Positions 46,972 to 57,764 of a stretch of 64,000 nucleotides of DNA are shown one piece after another. The stretch covers positions 1 to 64,000 of the forward strand of contig JBGARZ010000027.1 in assembly GCA_044229975.1 (NCBI GenBank), read 5' to 3'. This DNA comes from Polyangiales bacterium. GTDB lineage: Bacteria > Myxococcota_A > Polyangia > Polyangiales > Ga0077539. How positions within the stretch are numbered: position 1 is the first letter of the stretch; every line of letters starts with the position of its first letter. Position numbers and translations under genes: made by a program. The notes under the pieces are model-generated. The model was not told the origin of the DNA and searched no databases. It saw nothing but the letters and a program-made list of their open reading frames with translations.

Positions 46972-49900
46972 TCGGGCGCGTCAGGTCCACAGTGCGGCGG
47001 CCGCGACGACGGCGCGACAGCGCGCCCAGGAGGCCGATCGCCCACCACATGGCGGACGGGCCGCTCGTGGTCCCGGTTCGGCACCCGCATCCGCTGGTCG
47101 GCGTCGACGTCACCGGTCCGGCGTCGTCTCCCGCCGTCCCGTCCGCGTCGCTCGCGGCCGCATCGTCACCCAAGCCCGAGGCGTCGGCCGTCGCATCGTC
47201 GATCGAGGGAAGGCCCGCGTCGGTAACGTCCGTCACAGGCACGTCCGAGCGCCGACCCGCGTCAGTCGTGCCCGCGTCGGACGCAACCACGTCGGTCGCA
47301 ACCACGTCGGTCGCAACCACGTCGGTCGCAACCACGTCGGTCGCAACCACGTCGGTCGTGCCCGCGTCGGTCGTGCCTACGTCGGTCGTGCCTACGTCGG
47401 TCGTGCCTACATCGGTCGTGCCCGCATCGGTCGCGCCCGCGTCGGTCGTCCCTCCGTCCGTAACGCCAACGTCCGCCGTCCCGACGTCCGCCGTCCCGCC
47501 GTCCGCCGTGCAGCTCGTGATGGGCGCGGTCGTGCAGGTGCCGGGCTCGACGCAACGGTCGGTCGTGCAGGGGTTGCCGTCGTCGCAGACCCGCGCGGTC
47601 CCCGCCTGGCAGGCGCCGCCCCGACACGTCTCGCTGCCGTTGCAGGACAGCGAGTCGTCGCAGGGGCTGCCGTCGGTCCGGAACCCGTCCGCCGGGCAGG
47701 ACAACAAAACCCCGTTGCACGTCTCGGCGACGTCGCAGACGCCGACCGACGCGCGGCACACCGACCCCGACGCGCGAGTCGCGCAGGTGCCGTTGACGGA
47801 GGCGCCGGTCGCCACGCTGCACGCCACGCAGTCGTTCGTCAGACCCAGGCCGCAGGCGGTGTTGCAGCACACGCCGTCCGCGCAGAAGCCGGACACGCAC
47901 CCGGCCGCCGTGGTGCAAGCCGCCCCGAGGGCGGCCGGCGCCGGGGAGGGTCCCACGATCGCCGCCCGCAGCCGATAGTTGCCGTACGGTGACGCGGGGG
48001 CGAATTCGCGCCACGTGATCAGCCAGCGCCGCGAGCCGAGGTTGTTCAGGCGCCACTCCGTGCTCGACAGGAGCCCAATCGAGGCGCTCGACACACCCAG
48101 CCCGGGCGCCGCGATGGACAGGTCCTCGCCGACGTCGAAGGTCGAGAGGCGGTCGTCGACCAGCGCGCCGTAGAGGGTCGTGCCGTCGGGGTCAGCGCTG
48201 ATCCGGTACGACGACTGCGACGACCGAGACGCGGGGGCCCCCGTGACCAGGGCGTAGCTGGTGCCGTCGGGGCTGAGGGTGCTCCGCGAGAGCGTCATGC
48301 GGCGGGTGGTGCTGAAGATGTCGGTGCCTGTTCCCAAGGCCGCCGTCACGGTGCGGCCCCGCACGGAGACGTCCGCGCCCACCACCGTGCTGGTGCTCGT
48401 GGTGGAGAAGATCGTGCGGCTGAAGGTGGCGTGCAGGCTGCCCGGGAGTCCCTGCGCGTACACCGAGAGGGTCGTCTGACCCCCGGACGTCACGGACCGG
48501 CTGCCCCACGTCACGCACCCGGTGACGTCGCAGGACAGCGGCAGCGCGTTGCCGCTGTACGCCGAGCGGGCAGCGACCAGCGTGCCCGAGGGGGAGAGGA
48601 CGCGGCCGTCCGCGGGGTCGACACGTACCTGGTAGAAGCCGTCGGCCTGGGTGAGCATCGCGACGAAGCTGGTGCCGTCGAAGCCCAGGCCGCGGACGGA
48701 GTACTGCGAGGTGGCGTAGGCCACGGGCGTCAGCCGCACGGGCGTCGCGTCGAGGACCGAGAGGTCGGCGGCGCTCAAGCGGGCGCCCTGGACGAGACCG
48801 CTGCAATTGGTCCCGTCGCTCCAGGCCACGAACCAACGCCCGCCGCCCGCGGTCACGGCCGGGCACGAGCCGACGGCAGAGAGCGGCACCGCCGGGACGT
48901 CCAGCACCGCGCCGTCCGACCCGCGCACCCGCGCGGCGTAGATGCCGGTCCCGCTGCCGTTGCGCCGCTCGCGCCAGACCACCAGGGCGTTCGTCCCGTC
49001 GAATGCGACCACCGGATCGTCTTGGATGGCGGCGACCACGCCGAGGTCCATCACCTGCGCGTCGGAGGGCGCCGCCGCGCCGGTGATCGGAACCGCCCGC
49101 ACCCACTGCCTGGACGGCGCTGAACTCGAAGGCGAGGTTGAGGTCCATTGACCGCCGATGATCCAGCGGTCTGCGAGGCCGACGATCGCGGCGGACACTA
49201 CCTGCGAGAAGCGCGTCGTGGAGACGGTCTGCGGTGAGGCATCGACGAGCGCGCCGGTCGCGGCGTTGACGCGCGCGAACCTGAGTGAGGGGTTCAGGTC
49301 ACCGATGCTCCACGCCACGCCGAGGTTGGTGCCGACGCGGGCCATCGCGGGACCCTCCGAGGGCTTCGCCGGGCCGAGGGTGACGGGGCCCGCGCCCATC
49401 ACCTGGAGGTTGTCGGGCCGGAGGAGCGCGACCTGCGTGGTCGACGAGGTCTGGGCGACGGTGGTGCGGGAGTTCCACGCGACCTGCCACGACGCCGCGT
49501 CCCCAGTGATGGCGAGGGGCGTCGTGCTGACCCCGGTGAGCGGCACCGGCGGGACGTCCACCGGGACCGTCGCGGTGCTGCGCACTCGGGTGACGGTGGG
49601 GGTGGAATTGCTCCAGCCGACGAGGAAGTCCGTCCCGTTGGTGCCGACGGAGGGGTTCTCGCGCGCGGTCGCGATGGTGACCGGCTCCGCGTCGAGCAGG
49701 AGTCCGGTCCCGGCGGCGAAGCGCGCCGCGATCATCACCCCGCTGTTGATCGTCGCGGCCGCGAGGCAGACCGTGGCGGTGCAGGCCATGCCGCCCGCGG
49801 TCACGGTGGCTCCAGCGCGCGCGATCTGTCTGGGCGCGTCCGTCAACGGCCCGCTGAACGGGACGGTGTAGATCGAGAGGGCGGTGGACGTGGGCACCGC

Positions 49901-50815
49901 GACCCGGAAGCCGCCCGGCGTCGCCGCCACGGAGAGGTCCGGCAGGGTCGTGCTGGCGAAGGTCAGGTAGTTCGCGAGCGGGATGCCCGCGGGGTCGAGC
50001 ACCTCGCCGGTGGCGGTGTTGAAGCGCGCCACGATGACGTTGTTGGAGTTCGAAGGGAGGCTGGCGCCGGGCGCGACCACGACGCGGACCTCGAACCAGG
50101 CCGCGAGGCCGACCGTGCCGTCGGGCGAGACCGCGAGCGACGGGAACTCGCCGCCCCGCGCGGGGTTGCCGCTCGCGGGCGTCGGGCCCGGCACGATGGA
50201 CTGCTGGAGCACGGGGTCGAGCACCGCCGGGTACCGCGCGTCCCGCAGCGCCTCGGCCGGCACGCGGAGCACGATCGCCGAGTCCTCCCACCGCGCCGGC
50301 ACCTCGACCCTGCGCCCGTCGGCGTCGACCCAGGTCGCGTGCGAGTAGACGAGCGACGTGCCGGGTCGGGCGGAGAAGTGCAGCCCGTCGGCGTCGGCGG
50401 ACGTGAAGGAGGCGCCGTCGAGCCCCACCCGCACGACCAGGTCGCCCCCGGTCGGGGGGCGCGCGTCGAAGCGCCAGCGCTGCTCGACGCCCGTCGCCCG
50501 CGGGACCACTTCCTCGACGCAGTGCTCCCACGGTAGCGTCGGCGCGCCCGCCCCGACGAGCGACGGGAGCCGCAGCTCGCTCCGCTGGCCGATCGCCACC
50601 GAGGCCGTGCGCAGGTGGAGCGTGGCCTGCGGCTCGTCGGAGACGAGGGAGACGACGCCCTGCGACGCGGAGACGCGCCACGACCCATCGTCGGCGAGCG
50701 GCGACGCGGCGGAGGGGGTTTCGGGCCCCGGCGTGGATGTCACGTCGGGCGCGCCGCACGCGGTCAGCGCAACGGAAAACACCAGCGGCCAGAGACGGTT
50801 CTGACGTATGGACAT
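46925..50815 (-). CDS. Large surface protein with lipobox, Cys-rich/disintegrin-like region, stalk and MYXO-CTERM tail
   Basis: ATG 50815; LTAC lipobox; CVSGFCADGVCCNTAC; CRASVGVCDVAETC; tail SGCGCRTG...WWAIGLLGALSRRRR. Confidence 0.9.
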   Translation of the reverse strand: MSIRQNRLWPLVFSVALTACGAPDVTSTPGPETPSAASPLADDGSWRVSASQGVVSLVSDEPQATLHLRTASVAIGQRSELRLPSLVGAGAPTLPWEHCVEEVVPRATGVEQRWRFDARPPTGGDLVVRVGLDGASFTSADADGLHFSARPGTSLVYSHATWVDADGRRVEVPARWEDSAIVLRVPAEALRDARYPAVLDPVLQQSIVPGPTPASGNPARGGEFPSLAVSPDGTVGLAAWFEVRVVVAPGASLPSNSNNVIVARFNTATGEVLDPAGIPLANYLTFASTTLPDLSVAATPGGFRVAVPTSTALSIYTVPFSGPLTDAPRQIARAGATVTAGGMACTATVCLAAATINSGVMIAARFAAGTGLLLDAEPVTIATARENPSVGTNGTDFLVGWSNSTPTVTRVRSTATVPVDVPPVPLTGVSTTPLAITGDAASWQVAWNSRTTVAQTSSTTQVALLRPDNLQVMGAGPVTLGPAKPSEGPAMARVGTNLGVAWSIGDLNPSLRFARVNAATGALVDASPQTVSTTRFSQVVSAAIVGLADRWIIGGQWTSTSPSSSAPSRQWVRAVPITGAAAPSDAQVMDLGVVAAIQDDPVVAFDGTNALVVWRERRNGSGTGIYAARVRGSDGAVLDVPAVPLSAVGSCPAVTAGGGRWFVAWSDGTNCSGLVQGARLSAADLSVLDATPVRLTPVAYATSQYSVRGLGFDGTSFVAMLTQADGFYQVRVDPADGRVLSPSGTLVAARSAYSGNALPLSCDVTGCVTWGSRSVTSGGQTTLSVYAQGLPGSLHATFSRTIFSTTSTSTVVGADVSVRGRTVTAALGTGTDIFSTTRRMTLSRSTLSPDGTSYALVTGAPASRSSQSSYRISADPDGTTLYGALVDDRLSTFDVGEDLSIAAPGLGVSSASIGLLSSTEWRLNNLGSRRWLITWREFAPASPYGNYRLRAAIVGPSPAPAALGAACTTAAGCVSGFCADGVCCNTACGLGLTNDCVACSVATGASVNGTCATRASGSVCRASVGVCDVAETCNGVLLSCPADGFRTDGSPCDDSLSCNGSETCRGGACQAGTARVCDDGNPCTTDRCVEPGTCTTAPITSCTADGGTADVGTADVGVTDGGTTDAGATDAGTTDVGTTDVGTTDVGTTDAGTTDVVATDVVATDVVATDVVATDVVASDAGTTDAGRRSDVPVTDVTDAGLPSIDDATADASGLGDDAAASDADGTAGDDAGPVTSTPTSGCGCRTGTTSGPSAMWWAIGLLGALSRRRRGRRTVDLTRPISQPSPRPTPGVEPQ
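47283..47357 (-). repeat. Five perfect 15-bp tandem copies (GCAACCACGTCGGTC) in a longer degenerate pentapeptide stalk
   Basis: Directly visible; encodes (DVVAT)n, flanked by DVGTT/DAGTT units to about 47500. Confidence 0.95.
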
Positions 50816-50930
50816 GGATCGTTCCCCCAGGGGTGGGACGTCGACGACCTCCCTGCAGGGGTCGGTCGCGGACGATCGGGGGGACGCTAACATGCGAGCG
50901 AAGACTCGCGGAGGGTGCGGGGCGTTCAGA

Positions 50931-52681
50931 GCGCGTCTTCCGCACCCTGGACGTCCGACCCGTTCGCGCAGAAAGTATGCTGCCGACCGATCGAGTGTGG
51001 CCCTCCAACAGGCGTGAGATCCGCGCCAGCTTTCGGCCACGTGCTTCGGCGCCCGACGTATCGGTCGAGGCGCTCGACGCGGTGCCCTGCGGTCGCGCGG
51101 CGCTGCGGCTCGGCCTGATCCGCCGGATGGGCGTGGGTGCGGTGATCGACACTCGGCTGCCGAGGGAGTCGGAGCTGTCGCACGGCGCCGTGATCGAGGT
51201 GCTGATGCTCAGCCGCCTGCTCGACCCGCATCCGCTTTCGCGCATCGAGGATTGGATGCGCGCCTCGGGTGTGGACGTGCTGCTCGGCCTCGACGCCGCC
51301 AAGTGCAATTGACGACCGCATCGGCTGCACCCTTGACGCGCTCGGCGACAAGGTGCGCGACGCTCAGACCGCCCTCACCATGAGTCTGATCGGGACCCTC
51401 GCCCTGCGCACGATCGACGCCCACTACGACACCACCAGTCTCTGGCTCGAAGGTGCCTACGAGGACAGCGAGCTCGCCGCGCGCGGCCACAGCAAGGACG
51501 GGCGCAGCGATCACAAGCAGATCGTCGTGGGCACCGTCACCACCGAGGACGGCGAGGTGCCGCGCGCTCACGCCGTCCATCGCGGCAACACCGCCGACGT
51601 CTCGACGGTCCCGGAGGCGCTGCGCTCGCTGCGTGCCTGCGTCCCTCACGATCCTGTCGTCGTCAGCGGCGACAGCGGATGTGGTCGCGCGCCAACATGG
51701 ACGCCGTCGCAGCGGCCGACGGCATCTTCCTCGTGCCGATCGCGATGGGGCCCAAGGTCGTGCAGTGGGTCTGCGCCGCCGAGCCCACGACGGAAGTGAC
51801 CGGGTCACTCCAACGGCAGCGGGAGCCGGTGCGGTACCTAGCCTGCCTCGCGGGCCGCTTCCCGGTGAATGGCGTCGCCGACGCGGGGACGCATCTGGTG
51901 ATCTTCGATCCGCGCCTAGCAGGAGGCCACCGAACGCACGCGGGCACGAGCGCGGTTGGAGACGGGACTGGATGCGCTGGCGGCGTCGCTCAACCAAGGC
52001 CGAATGAAGACGCTGGAGACGGCCCAGAAGAAGCTGCGGACGCTGCTCACACGCCACGGCCTGGCCGCACGCTACCTATCCACGGAAGTTCTGTCCGAGT
52101 CGGGTCTGCTGGCGCTGCGTCGCACGCGCGACGAGGCCGCGCGGTCGGCGGCGCCGCGCCGCGACGGCCGGTGGCCGCTGGTGACCAACCGTACGGGCCT
52201 CTCGGAAGAGGCGCTGTGCGAGTGGGCCGTGCGCCGGTACAAGGGGCGCGGTCGGATCGAGCGGGACCACCACCTGCTCAAGGGTCCATTGGCGGTGCAC
52301 CCGTTGTTCGTGCAGAACGACGCGCGCATCCGCTCGCTGGTGGCGGTGTGCGTGTGGGCGCTGACGGCGTGGACGCTGATGGAGCGTCAGGCCTCGGGGG
52401 CGTTGGCTTCGATCCCGCCGACGGGACGCACGCGCGCGCCATTGGTCGATCGGGTAGAGGTTTTCTTTCAGGCCGTCGCGCTCGTGCGGTTCCGCGTGGG
52501 AAGCGAGGTGCGGCAGAGCGTTGGCGCGCTGCCGTCCCGCACCCAGAGCGTGCTCCATTCGCTCGGGTGGCACGGCGAGGTGCGGGTGATCCTCGACGTC
52601 GCCACCCACGCGCAGCTCCAGGTCTAACGACCGACGCTGCCAGCCCAGGGAGGGCGGACGTTCAGGGGGCGGAAGACGGGC
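50931..52681 (+). mobile_element. IS1634-family insertion sequence with inactivated transposase
   Basis: TIRs GCGCGTCTTCCGCACCCTGGACGTCCG / GCCCGTCTTCCGCCCCCTGAACGTCCG; flanking direct repeat TCAGA (50926-30, 52682-86). Confidence 0.9.
51040..52627 (+). pseudogene. IS1634-family DDE transposase with at least three frameshifts
   Basis: NDDRIG..LD, HYDTTS, GHSKDGRSDHKQ, GNTAD, GDSG, YKGRGRIERDHHLLK spread over four ORFs, with breaks near 51309, 51678 and ~51930. Confidence 0.9.
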
Positions 52682-52869
52682 TCAGAACCCCGGCAGCCGC
52701 AACTGGACGCCCTGGAGACACCACTGCGGCAGCCACATTCACGCTGGCTCGCCGGGTACGTCCATGCGTACGACAAGGCGCCAATGCAGGAGCCCGGCGA
52801 AAGGAGCTCGTGGGTGGTCTTGCTGCGGGCAGGGTTGAGCGTGCGACGAGGGCGGTCGACGTGACGGGG

Positions 52870-55800
52870 TCAGGCTCGCTCTCGACGGCGCCTCGGGAGC
52901 GCCACGAGCGCAAGAAGCCACCACGCCGAACGGGGCGACGAGGCGTCGCCCGCGGTCGTGCACGAGCAGCCCGAGCGACCTCCCACGTCCGTCCCGCCTC
53001 CCACGTCTATCCCGCCGCCCGCGGCGTCCGCGGGGGCGGTGCGATCGACCGCGACGTCCGTGGTGACCGCGTCCGCGGGGGCGGTGCGATCGACCGCGAC
53101 GTCCGTGCTGACCGCGTCCGAGACTACGGCGTCCGCCATGGTAGCGGCGTCGACCGCGACGTCCGTGGTGACCGCGTCCGAGACGACGGCGTCCGCGCTC
53201 GCGGCGTCCGCCGTAGCGACGTCGGCAGTCGCGACGTCGGTGAACGCTGCGTCCGAGGGCCCGGTATCCGCGACTGCGACCGTGCCGTCCGAGGCCGGCC
53301 TGTCCGTCGCAGGAACGTCGCGCGCGCCCGCGTCGGGTGAGCCGAGGTCGGAGGCGACCGGGGCGTCCGTGCCGGCGTCACGAGCCCCGGCGTCCACGAC
53401 CGCGTCGGCGACGCCAGTGTCGGCGGTCGATGCGTCGGCTCCGGCGTCGGCGCCGAGCGACGCGTTGCTGATCGAGACGAGGCTGATGCGCGTCCGGGAG
53501 ACGAGCGGATCGTTCTTCGCGTAGGCGACGTAGGTGACCCCATCGCCGAGCGACGCGACGGAGATCGGGACCGATCCGAAGATCAGCGGGCTGCCCGTGA
53601 TCTCGGCCACCCGGATGGGCGCGGCGTCGAGGCGGTCGCCGTGCGACGACATCCGCTGAGCGGTGACGTAGCGCCGGAAGGGGTAGCCGATGTCCCCGTC
53701 GGTGTTGATCAGCACGTGCTGGGTGCCGTCGAAGACCCGCTCCCGCCACGGCGCGGTGCCCGGACCGGGGACGTCACGGACCACCGTCCAGTCGGGCATG
53801 AGCTCGATCGTGCGGAACGTTGTGCCGAGCGAGAGCACGAGGAGCAGGCGACCACCGCCCGCGTACAGTGTCGCGCCGGTGTACACCGACGTCGTGATCC
53901 GTCGCGGGGAGCCGTCGATGGGGTCGCCGTTGCGGTCGAAGCGGATCCCGTACACCCCCGGCGCGGGGCTGGTGTCCCAGTTGACGAACGCGAAGTAGAC
54001 GGTGTCGCCGATCGTCTCCATCGACGCGGCGCACCCGTCCGGCGGGCCGTTGCCGACGACGTATGGGCTGCGGGAGGTCACGTCGTAGCCGGGGCCGATC
54101 CACATCACGCTTCGGCAGCGCTGCGCCGCGATGAAGCCGCTCGTGGTGTTGCGCATCCGCTCGAAGCTGTACTTCGTCGAGCTCCCGAAGATGGATGCCG
54201 TCGCTGCGGCGCGGGTGGTGCCGCCCGAGCGATCGAGGCTGATAGTGGCGATCCCGTAGCGCGACGTGGACACCGAGTACGGGCTGTTGAGGAGGAGGTA
54301 GTCGCTGCCGTTGAAGGCACCCTGTAGCCCCTGCACCGCGGCGAGGAACGGACCGCTCGCCAGCGGGATCGGGACCGCCGTCGAGGTGGGCATCATCGGC
54401 AAGCCGCCGCGCACCCGCATCGCGCGGTAGCCCCCGCTCAGGCCCCCGTCGCCCTCGGTCACCCAGGTTACGAAGAGGTCGCTCCCGTCGTGGAAGAGCG
54501 CGGCCGCCGACTGCGCCTGGATGTACGCGTAGAGCCCGGTGACGGGGCCGACGGGCGTGTTGGTGACGCCGTAGGTCGCGGCCCCGAGGGTGGAGCTGTT
54601 CACGACCAGGAGGCTGCTCGCCGTACCCGCGGCGAGGCTCTGCGCGGGCTCGGCGGCGCCGACCGGGCCGAGTGGCGTGCCCGTCGCGTCGAGCCGCATG
54701 CGACCGGCGCGGGCGAGGACGTACTGGGTCCCGGTCCAGCTCAGCGTGCATCGCGCGGCCCCGCCGGTGCCGAGGTACCTCGGGTCGCCGACCGGCGCGC
54801 CCGCGTCGTCGAGCTGTGACGCGTAGACGCCCGCCGCACGGGTGCCCGTGGCCCGGCTGGCCGACCAGACGAGCAGCGCCGAGGTGCCGTTGCTCGCGAG
54901 ACAACCCGCGACGCGGTCGTAGCCCCAGCTCGACACGGCGTGGCCCTCGGGCTCGGCGAGGGTCCCGTCGGCGCGCACCTTGACGACGCGGGCGTCGCGC
55001 GAGGTCGTACCGAAGGTCACGTCCGTCCACGCGACGAGGAAGCCCCCGGCCGCGGGCGCGACGCGGGGTCCGGTGACCGCGGCGATCTCGAAGTGCAGCC
55101 GCGAGCGCGCCAGAGACGTTGGGGCCCGACCGCGCAGGTCGCGGATCGACCCCGCGAGCCGCCCGGTGTCCCCCAGGTCGCTGTCGTCGGTCGACCGCCA
55201 GGTGCCTACGGTCATGCAGTCGCTCGCGCCGCACGCCGCGTCGTCGACCACGTCGTAGAGACGCGTGTCACCCGCGCCGGCCTCCGACGACGGCGACGGG
55301 GTCGCCAGCGGGTCGCCCGTACCGGGCAGCTCGTACACGTCGGGGACTCCGCCGGGCCCGCGCGAGAAGAGCAGCCACCCGGTGCCGGCCCTCGCCACGC
55401 GCAGCCAGGCCCCGGGGCGCGGCAGGCGGAACACCGTGCGGTCGATCACCCGCCCCGCCGCGTCGAGGCGCTGCCCCTCGCCGGGGGTGGTGTCCAGCCT
55501 GTCCGTAGGCGCCCACCAGAGGAGGTAGCCCGGCCCCCCGGCGGTGAGCGCGAGGGGGTAAGTCGGAGCGTAGGCGCTGACGGCGGGCTGCGCCTCGACC
55601 GCGACCTCGGGGTCGAGCACCGCGGGGAAGCGCGACGCGGCCACCACGTCGTCGGGGACCTCCAGCACGATGGCCCCGCCGCGCCACGTCGCCGCGACCG
55701 GGGTGCGACGACCGTCGGCGTCGACCCAGGTCCCGTGCCCGTAGCGGAGTCGCAGCGAGCCCGGCCCGCGGAGGTGCAGGCCCTCGCCGTCGGCGCGATC

Positions 55801-56235
55801 GAGCGAGAGCTGCTCGACGTCGACCGTGACCGCCACGCGCCCCGGCGAGACGTCGTAGCGCCACGACTGCTCGTACCCGTCAGCGCCCAGGCGTAGCTCC
55901 TCGACCGCGCGGCCATCCCAGAGCCGGAGCGTACGATCGTCGACCCGCTCGACCGCGGCGGGCCCCGCCCGTCGGGTGCGCAGCGAGGCGGTCGCGCCGG
56001 CGTCGTCGCGCACCGTCAGCGTCTCGGGCGACACTTCGACGCGAACCGCGCCCAACTCGGCGACGTGCCGATCGGCCGCGCGCGCCCACGTCGACGGCGC
56101 GGGCAGCGCGATCTCGGTGACCTGCAGTCCGACCGGCCCGGGCGTCGCGGGCGCGAGCGACGTATCCCCCGCGCAGCCCCCGAGCGCCAGGCAGAGCCCG
56201 ACCGCCACCACTCCCCGCGAACGACGCATAGACAT
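52870..56235 (-). CDS. Large surface protein with lipobox, stalk and MYXO-CTERM tail (paralog of 46925-50815)
   Basis: LGGC lipobox; YGHGTWVDADGRR...RFPAVLDP shared with the paralog; tail SGCSCTTAG...WWLLALVALPRRRR. Confidence 0.9.
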   Translation of the reverse strand: MSMRRSRGVVAVGLCLALGGCAGDTSLAPATPGPVGLQVTEIALPAPSTWARAADRHVAELGAVRVEVSPETLTVRDDAGATASLRTRRAGPAAVERVDDRTLRLWDGRAVEELRLGADGYEQSWRYDVSPGRVAVTVDVEQLSLDRADGEGLHLRGPGSLRLRYGHGTWVDADGRRTPVAATWRGGAIVLEVPDDVVAASRFPAVLDPEVAVEAQPAVSAYAPTYPLALTAGGPGYLLWWAPTDRLDTTPGEGQRLDAAGRVIDRTVFRLPRPGAWLRVARAGTGWLLFSRGPGGVPDVYELPGTGDPLATPSPSSEAGAGDTRLYDVVDDAACGASDCMTVGTWRSTDDSDLGDTGRLAGSIRDLRGRAPTSLARSRLHFEIAAVTGPRVAPAAGGFLVAWTDVTFGTTSRDARVVKVRADGTLAEPEGHAVSSWGYDRVAGCLASNGTSALLVWSASRATGTRAAGVYASQLDDAGAPVGDPRYLGTGGAARCTLSWTGTQYVLARAGRMRLDATGTPLGPVGAAEPAQSLAAGTASSLLVVNSSTLGAATYGVTNTPVGPVTGLYAYIQAQSAAALFHDGSDLFVTWVTEGDGGLSGGYRAMRVRGGLPMMPTSTAVPIPLASGPFLAAVQGLQGAFNGSDYLLLNSPYSVSTSRYGIATISLDRSGGTTRAAATASIFGSSTKYSFERMRNTTSGFIAAQRCRSVMWIGPGYDVTSRSPYVVGNGPPDGCAASMETIGDTVYFAFVNWDTSPAPGVYGIRFDRNGDPIDGSPRRITTSVYTGATLYAGGGRLLLVLSLGTTFRTIELMPDWTVVRDVPGPGTAPWRERVFDGTQHVLINTDGDIGYPFRRYVTAQRMSSHGDRLDAAPIRVAEITGSPLIFGSVPISVASLGDGVTYVAYAKNDPLVSRTRISLVSISNASLGADAGADASTADTGVADAVVDAGARDAGTDAPVASDLGSPDAGARDVPATDRPASDGTVAVADTGPSDAAFTDVATADVATADAASADAVVSDAVTTDVAVDAATMADAVVSDAVSTDVAVDRTAPADAVTTDVAVDRTAPADAAGGGIDVGGGTDVGGRSGCSCTTAGDASSPRSAWWLLALVALPRRRRERA
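53024..53233 (-). repeat. 45-bp and 60-bp coding tandem repeats in the stalk
   Basis: GCGTCCGCGGGGGCGGTGCGATCGACCGCGACGTCCGTG at 53024 and 53069, followed by related longer units. Confidence 0.85.
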
Positions 56236-56414
56236 GGCTGGGATGGGTATCGGCAAACCCTGGAGGCTTCAAGCGAGCGCACCCGACGACGAGAATGAGT
56301 GCTCCAGCGCCCCACTCGATCCGGCACGGATCCGCTTCAATTGCCAGAACGCCCAGATCGCGAAGCTCACGGGCAGACGACGCGCGTCGAAAGATCCCCC
56401 GTGGTCGCTGGAGA

Positions 56415-57048
56415 GTTCACCGGTGTCGGCGCGATGCTCTTCTTCACGCTTGACCAGACCGCGCACGTCGCGCACTCCGCTTCGGGCTCGCTCGACGGCC
56501 CGTGGCGGCTCCTCGGCGACGTGGCGCCGGGGATGCTCGAGAACTACCAGCCGATCCGCATCGACGGGCAGTGGCACCTGCTCGCGACGACGATCCCGCT
56601 GCTTCGCCGGCCGAACCTGTACCGGCTCGACGGCGACGAGAACGACCCCGACTCGTTCCGGCGGTGGACGCTCGTGCGAGAACTCGCGATCGAGGAGCAG
56701 CGCTGGAACACCGGCCGGCCACTCCTGTACGAGCGTGCGAACGCGGCGTTCCTGACCGACGCCCGCGAAGAGGACGGGTTCTTCTACCTGCTCTACGCCG
56801 GCAGCACGGAGACGCGGACGTTCAGCGGCCGGGGGCACGCGCGGCTGGGTCTCGCGCGGAGTCGCGATCTCGTGACCTGGGAGGTCCCGCGCGAACGAGA
56901 GTGACCGCGCCGCGGCGACCCGACACATGGCCTCCAGCCACCCACGGTCCGGGTCGTCGACGGGCTCGACTCACGCGTCGCCTGCCCGACGGACCGGAAG
57001 GAAGGAGTGCCCATGGCCGCCGTGATGGAGCAATCGATGCGCCGCGCG
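56415..57048. pseudogene. Collapsed duplicate of the 18788-20803 locus
   Basis: 56415-56922 matches 18788-19296, followed by short blocks matching 20177-96, 20614-49 and 20739-803. Confidence 0.9.
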
Positions 57049-57764
57049 GACACGGGCGCCGCGGGAGCCGACGGGTCTACCGGCGGGGCGCAGTCCGGTC
57101 GCCGACCCGGCAGTCACACGATCTGCCTGTGGAGCCGCACAATTGGCCCTACGGGGTATGTCCGGGTCCCGTTAGGGTCACCCGATCGAAACGCTTGTGA
57201 GAGAGCGTTTCGGCAACAGCGCCTCCCGAGCCCGGATGACATCCGGACAAATGCTCGGGGGGCGTTGTTGTTTGTGCCGCTCGCATGCCGGTGCCTCCAC
57301 AGGGTCGGCGGCATCGGGGGGCACCGCCCCGAAGCGGTCGCCGGACCTCCTCGGCGAACCGGATATTGCCCCGGGGTCGTGTCGCGTGACGTCGGCGGCT
57401 CGCAGGTGGCGAAGCACCCCGCGGTGAGCCCGACATCGGCGCCGTCTCCGAGGCGAAGTGTCCGTCCCGCCCATCACTCGCGTCCGGTCGCATCGAAGAG
57501 CGCCACACCGCAGCGGATGGTGAGCTCGCGCCCGTCGGGGTCGACGACCGGAAACGCGCGCCCGTGATCGGCGCGCAGGTCGATGGAGGTGTCGAGCACG
57601 GCCTGGGCGACGACGCGGCGGGCCGACGCCAACCCGGCCGGCGACCCGCTCGCGCACGCCGCGCGTCGGGCGCGGTCGTCGGTGCCGCGTGGATGACACC
57701 GCAACGGCGTGTTCGCTTCGTCGGGCGAAGCCCACGATGGCCGTCGTCCGACGTGTTCCGGCGT

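Noticed and set aside
51269..51960. Programmed frameshifting in the IS transposase
   Set aside because: Three separate breaks with no slippery A-run, which fits inactivation (or sequence error) better.
28930..57476. In-frame stops (TAA 28930, TAG near 34872, TAG 44815, TGA 57474) as possible recoding or an alternative genetic code
   Set aside because: All three stop types occur, mostly in relics that also carry frameshifts or truncation, and intact genes end normally in TGA/TAG. Decay is the simpler explanation.
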